64,000 bases of DNA from Porphyridium purpureum. Its lineage: Eukaryota. The stretch is taken from contig VRMN01000005.1 in NCBI GenBank assembly GCA_008690995.1, forward strand, positions 124,001 to 188,000, in the 5' to 3' direction. Shown in pieces: positions 9,785-20,608 of this stretch; the first letter of the stretch is position 1; each line of letters starts with the position of its first letter. A model generated the notes under the pieces. That model saw nothing but the letters and a program-made list of their open reading frames with translations, made no database searches and was not told where the DNA came from. The translations under genes were made by a program, and so were the position numbers.

Positions 9785-10843
9785 TCACTGCTGCTCCAAC
9801 CACTTCTCCCATTCAGCGCTACGCCTGGCGAGCTCGTGCTCAGATTCTTCATGCTTTGACGCGTCCGCGCGGTAGTCAGTTACGCCATCGAAGAATTCGA
9901 CTTCAACTGGCGCGCTCCGCCCGTCGCCGGAGACGCCATTGCTGCCTGCAAACGCATCTTTTTCTGAAAGCGCATCAAAGGCCACTTCGGCGGAGCTTCT
10001 GTTGGCAAACTTGACTGAAGCCGCACCCACCGGACTTTTGCGGAACACGATAATCCTTTCCACCGCACCGTACACCTGCACTGTCTCGGCCAGAGCCTGC
10101 TCGATCTGATCGTAAAAGTCATCTTCGCTTCCTTGGACATGTGCAGGATCAAACAGGTGCTTGAAAATGAGAATCCGAGAGCCTCGTGTTTTGCGAGCTG
10201 GCAATCGCTCCGCGTCTCTTGTCGGGACACGTGTGGGCCTGGTCTCCAGAATTGCGTCCACAACATCGTCCGTCGCCTCAAATGTGGCGTACTGCACGCT
10301 CATTTTTTGTCCAGGCCGGATCTCATAGTCATCGTACAATAGTACGGCATTTTCTGCTGACAGGCCCAGCTCAAATCGCACTAGCGCGTCGTCCTTGAAG
10401 GAGCCATTTGCAGCGTTTCGGTACCGCTTTACGCCAGATTGGGTCTTGAGCGCCCCGCATCGTCTGAAAATGTCCGCCATTTCTTCTTCAGTCACATCTG
10501 GTGGCAGACCTGATACGTACACCGCACTTGCGTTCGCCTTCACCAACTGCCGCTTCAATTGTTGCCTCTGCCTCTTTCGTATTCTCTTGGCAACTTCGTC
10601 GTCAGACTGCCGTTCGCTCGATGCAGCGGAGATTTTACCCGGCTTACCATGCGCTCGAAGCTTCCGCACCGCTGGCTCTAGGGGCTGCCATGCCTCGTCG
10701 CCCTCTTCCCAAACCAGCGGTGCGTCCGGGTTGTTGGTCTGCCCGTTTTCGTGAGCCGCCCGTGCGGTCCACAGCGCGCTCAAGGCATCCGCATCGTACG
10801 GGCCGTGAATGCGGCCGTCTGCTTCCGCCATCCACCAGCGCAT
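9785..10843 (-). CDS. HTATSF1: Splicing factor HTATSF1/Cus2-like (GYF_2 + RRM + UHM)
   Basis: N-terminal W..GPY..LVWEEG..W.PL (GYF_2). RRM AVYVSGLPPDVTEEEM..FKDDALVRF. Second RRM/UHM ILIFKHLF..YGAVERI..VKF. Confidence 0.85.
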   Translation of the reverse strand: MRWWMAEADGRIHGPYDADALSALWTARAAHENGQTNNPDAPLVWEEGDEAWQPLEPAVRKLRAHGKPGKISAASSERQSDDEVAKRIRKRQRQQLKRQLVKANASAVYVSGLPPDVTEEEMADIFRRCGALKTQSGVKRYRNAANGSFKDDALVRFELGLSAENAVLLYDDYEIRPGQKMSVQYATFEATDDVVDAILETRPTRVPTRDAERLPARKTRGSRILIFKHLFDPAHVQGSEDDFYDQIEQALAETVQVYGAVERIIVFRKSPVGAASVKFANRSSAEVAFDALSEKDAFAGSNGVSGDGRSAPVEVEFFDGVTDYRADASKHEESEHELARRSAEWEKWLEQQ

Positions 10844-10983
10844 TTTGGCGACACCTTTGCGCACGCCACGCGTTCACTGCTACTCAGGCACTTGACACAC
10901 ATCGCACCACGGTTGACGCAAATCGATTAACTCTCAACCTTTTGCCTCGTGTGTTGTGGCGGAGGGAAGAGCTGGCGGGGCCG

Positions 10984-11694
10984 ATGGCTACAGGTGCGGC
11001 AGCTACTGCGGTAGCGGCGTTTCGCGCTCTTTCCGGTGGGCTCGCAGTCGGCAGACATGTGCGCATGTATGGTGGTTGCACAGGAAAGGTGCGGCAAGGA
11101 TGCGCTTGGGTGTCGAACACCATGTTTCGGCGCGATGAAGGCACCGTCTCGACCGGGGCGGGTGTAACGCCGAAGGATGAAGCAAGTGGAGGCGCAAGCA
11201 CAGGCCCGGGGGCCTCAGGGCCAGCGGCGGCTGAATCAACAGCGCAGGATCGAGTGTCGTTGAAAGAGGCCGTCGTTCGTTTACCACATGTACGGAACGA
11301 GCATGTGTTCGTGCCCGCGATTGTCGGCAAGGCGCTTTCGTTTGCCAACGGTTCGGGGCAGAAACTTCGGTACGTGCGACGGCAGATGATCATGGAGAAG
11401 TTCCGGGTGACCGGGGAGCACGACACGGGCTCACCAGAGGTGCAGGTCGCGCTGATGAGCGACACGATCAAGGAGCTCGAAAATCGCATGCTCGAGCACA
11501 AGACAGACAACAAGTGCAAGCGCCATCTACAAATGCTGTATCACAAGCGGCGCAAAATCGCACTGTATCTGTACCGGGAAAGCCCGCAGCGCTTTTACAA
11601 ACTCATTAAGGAACTTAGTCTTACGCCAGACCTCATCCAGCCAAAGGAGCGAAAGCTCGGCGCAAAGAAACGACCGGATTACCTGTGGCGCTGA
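10984..11694 (+). CDS. rps15: Organellar (probably mitochondrial) ribosomal protein S15
   Basis: HDTGSPEVQVALMS..HKTDNKCKRHL..KRRKIALYL is the S15 signature. Ala/Arg-rich N-terminal presequence. Confidence 0.9.
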   Translation: MATGAAATAVAAFRALSGGLAVGRHVRMYGGCTGKVRQGCAWVSNTMFRRDEGTVSTGAGVTPKDEASGGASTGPGASGPAAAESTAQDRVSLKEAVVRLPHVRNEHVFVPAIVGKALSFANGSGQKLRYVRRQMIMEKFRVTGEHDTGSPEVQVALMSDTIKELENRMLEHKTDNKCKRHLQMLYHKRRKIALYLYRESPQRFYKLIKELSLTPDLIQPKERKLGAKKRPDYLWR

Positions 11695-11732
11695 AACGTG
11701 AATAAATTAGGAAGAGACACATTCACGTACAC

Positions 11733-13112
11733 ATGCTTTCGGGATCGATATGGCGGCTCCACCCTGCAGCCGTGCTGACCGCACGCCGAGCCATGCTGCG
11801 CCGCGCAATGGCGGCGGCGAGCTGGCCGGGAGCGCCGAGGGTAGCGGCGGCGTCGTGCTCAATGACGGGCTCAAGGGCGTACTCGAATGACCCGATACAT
11901 GTTGGCACCAGGCGTGGGACTCTGCAGGAACACGAGCAGGTGCATGAGGACCCCATCACACCAGCGAGGCAGGCAGAGCTCAGGGAAAAGTGGGCCAGGC
12001 TACCCGAGACTGTCACGCTGCACGATTTGTTCGCGTCGTTGGAAGAACCCAGCCGGGCGGACGCTTTGCTTGCGAATGTGTCGGACGAGCAGTTGGAGAT
12101 TGTTGAAAGTGAGACCGCGATTGCTCTGGACCAATTTCTTCTGGACAAGGACAATTTGGAGATTGATAATTTCAAAGAAGGTACCTTCGAGAACGAACTG
12201 GATGCCTATGATGCGGAGGACATCCAAGCGGCAGATGCGATTGCGGACCGCGCGATCGATTTGGCGGGGCTGATGGAGGCGCTCATGCGCCGCTTTGCTC
12301 AGCTCCAACGTGTGCGTGAGGGGCTCGAATGGATGGAACAATGCGTGCGCCTGGACGCTGCGCTCTATGGCGACACATCAGAAGAGGTCGCGGCGCGCCT
12401 CAAGGACGGCGGTATCTATGCGATGGAGAACGAAGTGGAAGACAAGACTGTGGCGATCAAGTGGCTCGAAAGGGCGCATGCAGTCGCGGTGAACGTGGAG
12501 AGCCTTACGATCGGCTGGAATTTGGATCTGAACAATCTCATGGCGCTGGCTTACATTAATGCTGGCCTCACGAGCAAGGCTGTGCGAGTGTTCACCGACA
12601 TCTTACCGCACACGGGTGGAGGTAGTGACGAAGGCAATATGCGCAGGCGCCTGACGATTCTTTCGAATCTGATTCAGGCGCTTATGAAAGACCAAGCGCC
12701 ACGCACTGCCGAAGTGCTTCGCATGACTCGGGCGGAGCTGCTTCGCGCGAAACGAATTTACGCGAGCAAGCCCGAACTGGTGTCTGACGCTTATTTCTTC
12801 ATGGCCAACACACTGGCCGACGAAGGTATTTATGAGCCGGCCGAACAACTTGTACGCGAGTGTCGTGAGATGCTGGAGAAAGATGCATCAGAAACCGCCA
12901 GAACTCCGCAGTATACCTTGGTGCTTATAGCACTTCGTGACATTCTCCAACAAGGGCCCGTCTCGCCAGAGCGACAGGCGGAAATCGACGAGCTGCAAGC
13001 CCAAATCGAAGCTGATGCCCCACGGCTCACGAACGCCTTGAGTAGAGGAATCGTGGAGCATCAGCGCGCATTGCAAGATTTTTCTCACCAAAAGCCTCCT
13101 CAATTAAAATGA
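11733..13112 (+). CDS. Helical TPR-like repeat protein with predicted mitochondrial presequence
   Basis: Arg/Ala-rich, acid-free N-terminus. Helical repeats such as LNNLMALAYINAG..KAVRVF and AYFFMANTLADEGIYEPAEQL. Alternative ATG at 11793. Confidence 0.65.
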   Translation: MLSGSIWRLHPAAVLTARRAMLRRAMAAASWPGAPRVAAASCSMTGSRAYSNDPIHVGTRRGTLQEHEQVHEDPITPARQAELREKWARLPETVTLHDLFASLEEPSRADALLANVSDEQLEIVESETAIALDQFLLDKDNLEIDNFKEGTFENELDAYDAEDIQAADAIADRAIDLAGLMEALMRRFAQLQRVREGLEWMEQCVRLDAALYGDTSEEVAARLKDGGIYAMENEVEDKTVAIKWLERAHAVAVNVESLTIGWNLDLNNLMALAYINAGLTSKAVRVFTDILPHTGGGSDEGNMRRRLTILSNLIQALMKDQAPRTAEVLRMTRAELLRAKRIYASKPELVSDAYFFMANTLADEGIYEPAEQLVRECREMLEKDASETARTPQYTLVLIALRDILQQGPVSPERQAEIDELQAQIEADAPRLTNALSRGIVEHQRALQDFSHQKPPQLK

Positions 13113-13163
13113 TCTGGTGCACGGTCTCCAACCTTTTAATTTACAGATGAAATGTATCGCGTC

Positions 13164-15527
13164 CTACTCGTCATCTTGGTCGCCCTCTTCGTGGTCCAGT
13201 TCGGCTCCGCCATCCAGACGAAGCATTTGCAACTGCTCCCAAATCTGCATAAATCTTCGTGTCAAATCCTCATTTCCTTCGAGCGCCGCCGCCATTTCAG
13301 TCGCAGTCGGTCGGCCGGTTGCTCCGTCCGCGCGCAAATCAGTCTGTACATCGACCGCAGCGAATCCAGGCATGAATGAACGGAAAAATGCCTCTAGTGA
13401 GCGTAGTGTTGTTCCCGTCGTGTTCGCATCGTTTGCAGGATTTGTATTCTCCCGGACTACTCCGATGGGGGCATTGTCGAGCCCAGCCATCAAATTCGCT
13501 GGCAGTTGGTTCGATCCGGCTTCAAGTATATCAGAAACGTACACCTCGGCAAATAGGGCATTTGCTTTTACGTATTCGTTTGCCGCGTTGCGCAAGTTCT
13601 GTGCGGCGAGCATGGATCCAGATGTTGCTTGCTCGGTTTTCGCCAAACTTTCGGCACGTTCGGCGCAAGACATGAGCCACTCGACATCCGAGCACAATGG
13701 CGATTCCGCCTGAGTTTGCTGCCAAGCACGCTTGGACACGGAAGCATACACCCGTGCAATGCGATCAAAGATCACAAAACGTCCATCTTCGTACGGGTCA
13801 AAGGCAAAGAGTGACGAAAGTCCCTTGCCAGTTAAAAGCGCACGCGTGCGCTCATGATCTGGTGCAAGCGTATTCAGCAAGGGGTGAAGCATCATGGGGA
13901 AAGCCAGCAGCGTTTCAACAGCGAATGCTTCTGCGCTTGATACACTGGCGATCTTGCCCTCCAAGACTTTGCTTCTGTGCAAAGCGAGGGCGCACGACAG
14001 CCGAAAACTTGGGATCAAGTCCAAACGAATCGGACTGAACTTGGTGTACACATCTATGAGCGTCATGAGCTCCTGACTGAGCAGCGCGTACGTATCCAAA
14101 AAGAGGGCGCACCCCATAGGATCACGCACAGGGTCAAGATTCCACAGCAGCTTTGTAACTTCAAGTGCTGTGTGATTCAGACCACGCCGCGAGACCAGCT
14201 GGTGGTTGCGAAACAGCGCAACGAAGAGAGCCCGATTCTCTTGAACTTCGTAGCGTAGGCGGCACGAGCCTTGGAAAGGCTTAAAGGAGATAGGCCAACA
14301 GCCTTCCAGCACATAGAGCGCGCGCTCCACGAACTCTGCGGCTCGGTCTAGCTCACCCATCTGTCGGTACACTTCCGAAAGCTGCAGCAAGGATTCGATG
14401 TGCGTCGGGAAACGTGATATCAAGTGCACGAGCTCATTGGGGTCGTGAGCCCTGACCACTTGCAAGTATGTCTGATGCACTTGCTTGTACGCGCCTCCGC
14501 GATCGTATCGGAAATAGCTCAACTGCCCGGTGCGATCCTTGGCATCCGTGTCTAAGACCATGCTGAGGCCCGGTGCGGCGCGGGGCCACGTCTCACGTGG
14601 ATTGAAAAAAAGGCTGCCTACGCGCCCGCCACCGCGGCGTCGTCCTGAACCACGTGCCCGGCCCTGCTGTAGCCGCATCTGGGCGGCCGAATCGTCTGCT
14701 GTATTTTGCGCGCGCACAGCATGCACAGCCTGCGCGCCAAAGATCCGTTTCAGTTCATAGTCGCAACTCAGCTTCGGAGGGTCCACGCGCAAAAAGTGTA
14801 TTCTTTCCTCTGCTGGAGTCAAAGCGCCGCCGGCACCGCTTTCCTGTGGCTGGCTCGAAGCCGCTGAAGGAAACACGGCAGTGTACATGTCACGGTACAA
14901 GCGCTGCACCTCGGCCACAAACTCGTGATCCGCTGCCTCGCGCTTGCTCATGTACAAGTGGTAGTCGTCCATACTCGCATCAATCAATGAAAGTCCATTG
15001 ACAGAGGCATGAGTGTGCGCGGACGGAGTGGCTTCCTCAATCATGCTGGCGAGTGCGTCCAGATCATCAAGCGAGCCGCCTGTTCGGTTTGGCTTCTTCC
15101 TCGCTTTTGTCTTCTTGCTCTTCTTCTTTGACGCTTGTTTTGTTCCTCGTCCCGCCGGTGACGACAGACTGGCTGCCTGTGGCACCGCACTGTGAAACGT
15201 CTCTTGGTCCGCATCTTTGCCACTCGCCTCCCGGCATCGCACGCTACCCTCTGCATCATGTTCCTCGCCCTCCTCGTTGCTATCATCCTCACCCTGTGCC
15301 AAAACATCAAACATGCTTGTCCTTGGCCGGGCGCAGTCATCATCGCAAGAAGAACCGGCCGCACTTGCCGGCGGCGACTGGAGCAGCGCATGCACCTGCT
15401 CGCCTGCGTGCGCGTCGGACGATGCCAGGTGCGGCGTCGTCCCGCCCGCCACCGCTGCGTCGCTCTCCCTGACGAGACTCGCCGCGCGCCTCGACTCCTC
15501 GAGCGCGCGGATCGCACGCCGCGACAT
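13164..15527 (-). CDS. TCF25: Transcription factor 25 / ribosome quality control factor Rqc1
   Basis: MSRRAIRAL N-terminus, YELKRIFG, PRETWP, FPTHIESLLQLSEV, ENRALFVALF, TALEVTKLLWNLDP..DPMG. Confidence 0.9.
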   Translation of the reverse strand: MSRRAIRALEESRRAASLVRESDAAVAGGTTPHLASSDAHAGEQVHALLQSPPASAAGSSCDDDCARPRTSMFDVLAQGEDDSNEEGEEHDAEGSVRCREASGKDADQETFHSAVPQAASLSSPAGRGTKQASKKKSKKTKARKKPNRTGGSLDDLDALASMIEEATPSAHTHASVNGLSLIDASMDDYHLYMSKREAADHEFVAEVQRLYRDMYTAVFPSAASSQPQESGAGGALTPAEERIHFLRVDPPKLSCDYELKRIFGAQAVHAVRAQNTADDSAAQMRLQQGRARGSGRRRGGGRVGSLFFNPRETWPRAAPGLSMVLDTDAKDRTGQLSYFRYDRGGAYKQVHQTYLQVVRAHDPNELVHLISRFPTHIESLLQLSEVYRQMGELDRAAEFVERALYVLEGCWPISFKPFQGSCRLRYEVQENRALFVALFRNHQLVSRRGLNHTALEVTKLLWNLDPVRDPMGCALFLDTYALLSQELMTLIDVYTKFSPIRLDLIPSFRLSCALALHRSKVLEGKIASVSSAEAFAVETLLAFPMMLHPLLNTLAPDHERTRALLTGKGLSSLFAFDPYEDGRFVIFDRIARVYASVSKRAWQQTQAESPLCSDVEWLMSCAERAESLAKTEQATSGSMLAAQNLRNAANEYVKANALFAEVYVSDILEAGSNQLPANLMAGLDNAPIGVVRENTNPANDANTTGTTLRSLEAFFRSFMPGFAAVDVQTDLRADGATGRPTATEMAAALEGNEDLTRRFMQIWEQLQMLRLDGGAELDHEEGDQDDE

Positions 15528-15827
15528 CGCGCCTGCCTCGCACAGCTCCACCACCAGGCGCTTCTCAACGCTGCGCACACGGCCACTGGCTTCCCCTCCG
15601 CTCGACCCACCCACACATGCATCCACATGCCCAGCTCGACATGCCCGCAACCCCCAAACTGTACCGCCACCCCCCACGCACCGAACACCCACAGTACACC
15701 TACGTCGCAAAGTACAGTGCACAGCGCGTGTGTGATGTGCAATGCAGGAAGGAATGCATGACATTGTCATCTCTTCTTCGGTGTGTGCGCGCCTGTTCTG
15801 TGCCGAGCGCGGACGAGCGGCGTTTTG

Positions 15828-15829
<2 letters not shown>

Positions 15830-15858
<29 letters not shown>
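15830..15858. repeat. (TG)14 microsatellite
   Basis: Direct reading of 15831-15858. Confidence 0.9.
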
Positions 15859-15863
<5 letters not shown>

Positions 15864-16266
15864 GGGGGGAGGGTCGAGTCGCGTCGTGCGTGAGAAGATG
15901 AGCGTCTGGGTGTGTGACGCGGTATGAGTAGTTGTTGGTGGAGACAGGGTGAAGAAGTGGAAAGGGGAAGCTCGTGCACGTCGCCGTGTGTGTTTCAAGA
16001 GGGTTGCAGGCGTTAGCAATCAGCGCGCGGTGGAGGGAGGGGGTTGGGTCGGTCAAGCTGGGGTGATTGTCTGTGCAAGGAGGGGCGTGGCTGCGGTCGT
16101 AGGGAGGCGAGCTGCGGCAGAACCTGGTGGGAGGGCGTCCGCGGCGGGAGGGCGAGACGGGTGGGGACGGCTGCTCGCACGTCGGTCGGTATTTGACGCG
16201 CGCTTGTTCGCGTTGAGCGCGCACGAGTACGAGAGGCGTTGTGCAGCATGATTGGTTCTTGACGAC

Positions 16267-18420
16267 ATGCCCGCGTTCGAGTCGGAGAGCACGAGAATTC
16301 ACGCCTCGGCCGCCAAAGCCTCACGAGCGATGGACGCCTCCAAACCAGACAAGGCGGAAGCTGCCGCAAAGGAGGCAGCCTCCGCGGCCAAGAAGAAGAT
16401 GGCGCTCAGCTACGGATTCTCGCAACAGATGCCGCTTCCTGCGCCGCCGAAGCAGAAGACAGATTTTGAACGAAACTTTCCGACCTTGCAGGAACCTGCA
16501 AAGGCCGACAGAACGTATGTGCTTTCTTCTCTTCCGCCTGGGCTCGAAATGAAAGTCGCGAGCGGTGCTGCGTTGGACACGGCCGCCTCGAGCTTGGCGA
16601 CGGTGCGCTTTGATGCGGCTGGTGCAGACACACTGATACCTGCAGATGCGAGAAAGAATCGCGCTCTGTCATCGACTCTGCACAGCAGAAGTAGCGCAAG
16701 CGACACCGCCTTTGCGGCGGTGAGTAGTGGAAGTCCGCAGCAATCGAAGCGTGATAATAGAAAGGAGCGTAGTGTTGCAGATGTGGTAGCTGGTGTGCAC
16801 GAAGGATCATCATACAACGGACAGCAGGGTGACGATGAAAACCCAGACGCGCTGCAAAGGCGGCGCGCCGAGCTAGCACAACAGCTCGAGAAGCGCTTGT
16901 TTGAGCAGCTTGTGCCTCAAACCTTGACGAAGCCGCGCTCAGCGTCCGGTCGGGGGGCTGCGACAGTCGGAGCATCTGGGCGTAATCGTGTGAATGGTAC
17001 ACAAGCGCCAGCCAAGCCAGGTGTAGCGGCTCCTCCAGCGTTGGCGTCGACAGCAACTGACGCGGCAGAAGTCAAGAAAGTTTCAAAAGCACGAGCTAGC
17101 GCTACTGGCGGAACGGGCGCGGGGCCCAGGCCAGCGTCTTCCTTCGGAACTTCCTCCTTGATCGTGACGGATTCACGAGCCACAGACGGCGGTCGGACTG
17201 CGTGGGCGGGTTCAAATTCAGTAGGAAGCGGGACGTCGACAAGTACGGCGGTGCAACGGGTAGCACGGACTGGTGTATCAGGCGTAGCGATGGAAACTTC
17301 ATCGGGGGTGGCCGCATCCTTTTCGAATTCAGCAGCCACAGACACCGGCACCCCCCCTCCGTCTACGCCGGCGAAGCCAGATGGCCTTTTGGCTCCTCCG
17401 CAATCCGAAGCCACCGAGCGTACGCAGGGCATGGCGGATACATCAGCGTCATCGTCAGTTGGACCCGAGTCGCTGCAGAGACCAGGTCGAGAAATTGGTC
17501 TCCGCAGTGCTTCCACAAACCCGAAGGAGAAGCGCTCTCTTTCTGGTGGGCCGCGCGAGTCGCGTGCCAGGCCATCTGCGAATGAAATTTTGCCTGCCCC
17601 AGCAGTCCCCTCTACTCGAGCCGAGCAGGTTTCGAGCCTTCGTGCGTCGAAGCTTGACTCGGTCACGGCACCTCGACACTCTTCGCGAATCATGCGTGGT
17701 TCTTCGGTCACTGGCGAAGACGCACCTGCATCTTTTCCTGCCCGCGGCGCGAATCCCTCTGCTGGAAGCCAATCTGTTTCTACCACACAGGACATGACTC
17801 AGCGTCGAGCGATGCCCTTCGTTTCTGAAAACAGCCGGGGATCGGGGCGAAATGACGAGTCGGACACTTCGCACAAAGACACGAACAAAGTTGAGGATGC
17901 CGAAACGAGGATTCATCGCATGCGCGTGGCGCCATACGCCGGAAAGGACGCAGATGCGTCGGCGGAAGGGGATTTGAGGACGGTGAGAAGCGCGCGCGGG
18001 CCTGGAAACGCGAACTTCACGCGGCGAACGTCACCGCCACCGCAGCCGTCGCCATCTTCATCGTATGCCTCGTCTCACCTGCCTCGTGGCGGACAGACAA
18101 CAGTCGTTGATCGCGACCCGCAATGGCAATGCCGTCCGACTGCTTCATCATCCGCGACACGGACGTCTCATGGCGGACGTGGCTCGGCGCCGACTGCGTC
18201 GTGGTCTGCTAGCGGCTCGAGTGGCGGAGCAGGTGGACAAGTGCATGGACAAGGACAAGGACAAGGACAAGGACAAGGACAAGGACAAGGACACACGCAT
18301 GGACACATCCACGGCCACGCTCAGGACGCAGAGGAAGACGTGCTTCCGCCTCTGCCGGCATCCGACGACCATGAGGAATTCGAATCGGTATTACGCCAAA
18401 TGGGATGGGCTCCGGAGTGA
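16267..18420 (+). CDS. Disordered Ser/Ala-rich protein with vasculin/GPBP1-like short motifs
   Basis: About 717 aa. FERNFPTL near the N-terminus and terminal EEFESVLRQMGWAPE resemble the F.x.DFPSL and LLRxMGWxE motifs of GPBP1/vasculin-like proteins. Confidence 0.6.
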   Translation: MPAFESESTRIHASAAKASRAMDASKPDKAEAAAKEAASAAKKKMALSYGFSQQMPLPAPPKQKTDFERNFPTLQEPAKADRTYVLSSLPPGLEMKVASGAALDTAASSLATVRFDAAGADTLIPADARKNRALSSTLHSRSSASDTAFAAVSSGSPQQSKRDNRKERSVADVVAGVHEGSSYNGQQGDDENPDALQRRRAELAQQLEKRLFEQLVPQTLTKPRSASGRGAATVGASGRNRVNGTQAPAKPGVAAPPALASTATDAAEVKKVSKARASATGGTGAGPRPASSFGTSSLIVTDSRATDGGRTAWAGSNSVGSGTSTSTAVQRVARTGVSGVAMETSSGVAASFSNSAATDTGTPPPSTPAKPDGLLAPPQSEATERTQGMADTSASSSVGPESLQRPGREIGLRSASTNPKEKRSLSGGPRESRARPSANEILPAPAVPSTRAEQVSSLRASKLDSVTAPRHSSRIMRGSSVTGEDAPASFPARGANPSAGSQSVSTTQDMTQRRAMPFVSENSRGSGRNDESDTSHKDTNKVEDAETRIHRMRVAPYAGKDADASAEGDLRTVRSARGPGNANFTRRTSPPPQPSPSSSYASSHLPRGGQTTVVDRDPQWQCRPTASSSATRTSHGGRGSAPTASWSASGSSGGAGGQVHGQGQGQGQGQGQGQGHTHGHIHGHAQDAEEDVLPPLPASDDHEEFESVLRQMGWAPE
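18247..18294 (+). repeat. (GGACAA)x7 coding hexamer repeat giving a Gly-Gln tract
   Basis: Direct reading; encodes (GQ)7 followed by GH. Confidence 0.9.
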
Positions 18421-19504
18421 GAAAGTTTCCGCAGTCCTGAAATCGCTGACGCACTCATTCTGCGGGAGCTCGCACGCACAAGCACATCCGTTGCCACACA
18501 GACACACACACTCACACTCACACACGCGCGCACACACAGATACACGTGCGCTTATGTCAGCACACGGACCCATTGTTGTACACAAGCGAGAGAGTCTAAT
18601 TTGAACGAAGTAGTCTTGAAATACAATGCAGTCAGCGCAACCGGTGACCAAATGGAGCCGTGCTTCGTGCAGAGATTCTTTCCCTGGACTGCGTCCACTT
18701 GGGTTCAGCAAGCGCTCGGACCTTTCCACGTTGCGCCCGCAACAGCCGCATCAGGCGAGACGAGACAGGTGCGTGCGGCAGGCGGAAGCAACCGCGCAGG
18801 CACGCACGCAGCGTTGCACCGCGGCGCGCGCGCGCACATTCCACCGCGCGATCCTCTGTACCCCCTTGCACTCCGCTGTACACGCTGTACACACCCGCTG
18901 TACTTTCACGCGGAAATCGAAGCTGTACCTTTCCGTGTACGTCGTTCTTGCACGCGTGCGTGCGGGAAAGGCGGTGTGCGTAGTAAAACGGGGCTGTTTT
19001 GGTGAGGCGCCTGTGCCATTGTGAGAGGGATTGGAGCGGGCTTTTGCGCGTTTGCGCGTTGCGCGCTGAGCGCGCGTGCGTGCGATGCGTGTTTTGGGTG
19101 GTGGTGGTGTTGATGAGGGTGCTGGTGCAAGCGGGACACAAGAGGGAAGAGCTTGCGCGTGAGGGGTGAAAGGAGGGGAGCGTGGGGGAGGGCGGAACGG
19201 CGCTGGAGCCACGATCACACAGCTCGCCTGTGTGCGGTTTTGGATGGAGTCGGGGCTGCCGTGAATACGCATACACACACAGGCGCGGCGCCGCGGCGGA
19301 GCAACGCGCCCGAGCTGCGTGAGCACGCCGGGGATTGGCCGGGTAGGCGCGCATCGCCGGAATTTGTCGGCTGGTGAGCTGGCACGAGGGAGGCCGGACG
19401 CATCTGTGTCTCCATCACCCGCAAGGCGAGCGGCCGGGTGGGAGGAGTGGAAACGGGAGCGTCGTGGCGTCGTTGTGCTGGCCTGGAGCTGAGCAGCGGA
19501 TTGG

Positions 19505-20565
19505 ATGGAGGAAGATGTGCAGAATCTTCCCGGTGGGCCGGGGGGCCCAGGAGCTCACGGGGGAGCGTCGGACGCAACGGGCTCGAGTTGGCGGAATGAA
19601 ATGAGCGCGGACCAGCGCCAGCGCGTGTGTTCTCATCTCATGCAGAAAATGAGGCGGTTATACTCGAGTGTGGGCGATGACGCCCTCAATACGTGGACGT
19701 TCAATTTTGAGAGGAAAGCGTTCGATAAAGCGCGCAGCCGTGACGAGTATCTCGAGCTGGTTGCGAGGGGCCTTACCGAGGTGGAGAATCTGAGCGAGCG
19801 CCAACGACAGCAGAACCAGGCCGCACAGCAGCAAGATCAAAACCAGAATGCCGCTCATCCCCAGCAGCACCAGCAGAACCACGTACACCTCCAACAGCAA
19901 CTGCAACAACAGCAGCAGCAGCAGCAGCCACAGCAACACCAACAGCAGCCATCACAATTTACGCAGCAGCAAAGAGTGGGCGGACCTGTGCCTGGTGGTC
20001 AAAGCGTCATGCGAACTGCAAGCGCGACAGGAGGAGCGGCAGCAAGCATAACGACAAGTCAGAACTCTTCCCAAAAGCCAACTGCGAAGCGGCGGCTGTC
20101 AAAGAAGCAGCAAGCGTCGATCGAAAAGCAACAGGTCGAAGAGGCCGCGGCGTTGGCTGCGGAAGTCGCCGCCGCCGCCGCTGCCCAAGCGCAAGCAGGT
20201 GGTATTCCGGCTGCGAAAGATGGTAACATGATGATGCACAGTATGTATGGATCGGCCTCGCCGCCGAATCAGATGAACTATGGGGACCCAAACGTTGCCA
20301 CAAATCAGCATCGTGCGCAGGAGTACGCTCGCCAACGCGCGGCAGCGAATCCTCGCCAAGCCCTACACACTAGTGCCATTTCAGTCCCACAGGTGCCTCC
20401 AACAAGCACCGGGCGAGGAGGCAAAAGTGTGGTAGGAGGACGTGGTGGGTCTGCGGCAGCGGCGGCAGCTTCAGGCGCTGCCGCCATGGGACCAAGTACG
20501 GCGGCGCGTTTGGCAGCTCTTAAGCAGCAGCAGATTAAGCAACAGCAAGTGCAGTTGCAGCAACA

Positions 20566-20608
<43 letters not shown>

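Noticed and set aside
15528..16019. N-terminal extension of the TCF25 ORF
   Set aside because: It runs through a (CA)n microsatellite; the family-typical start MSRRA is at 15527.
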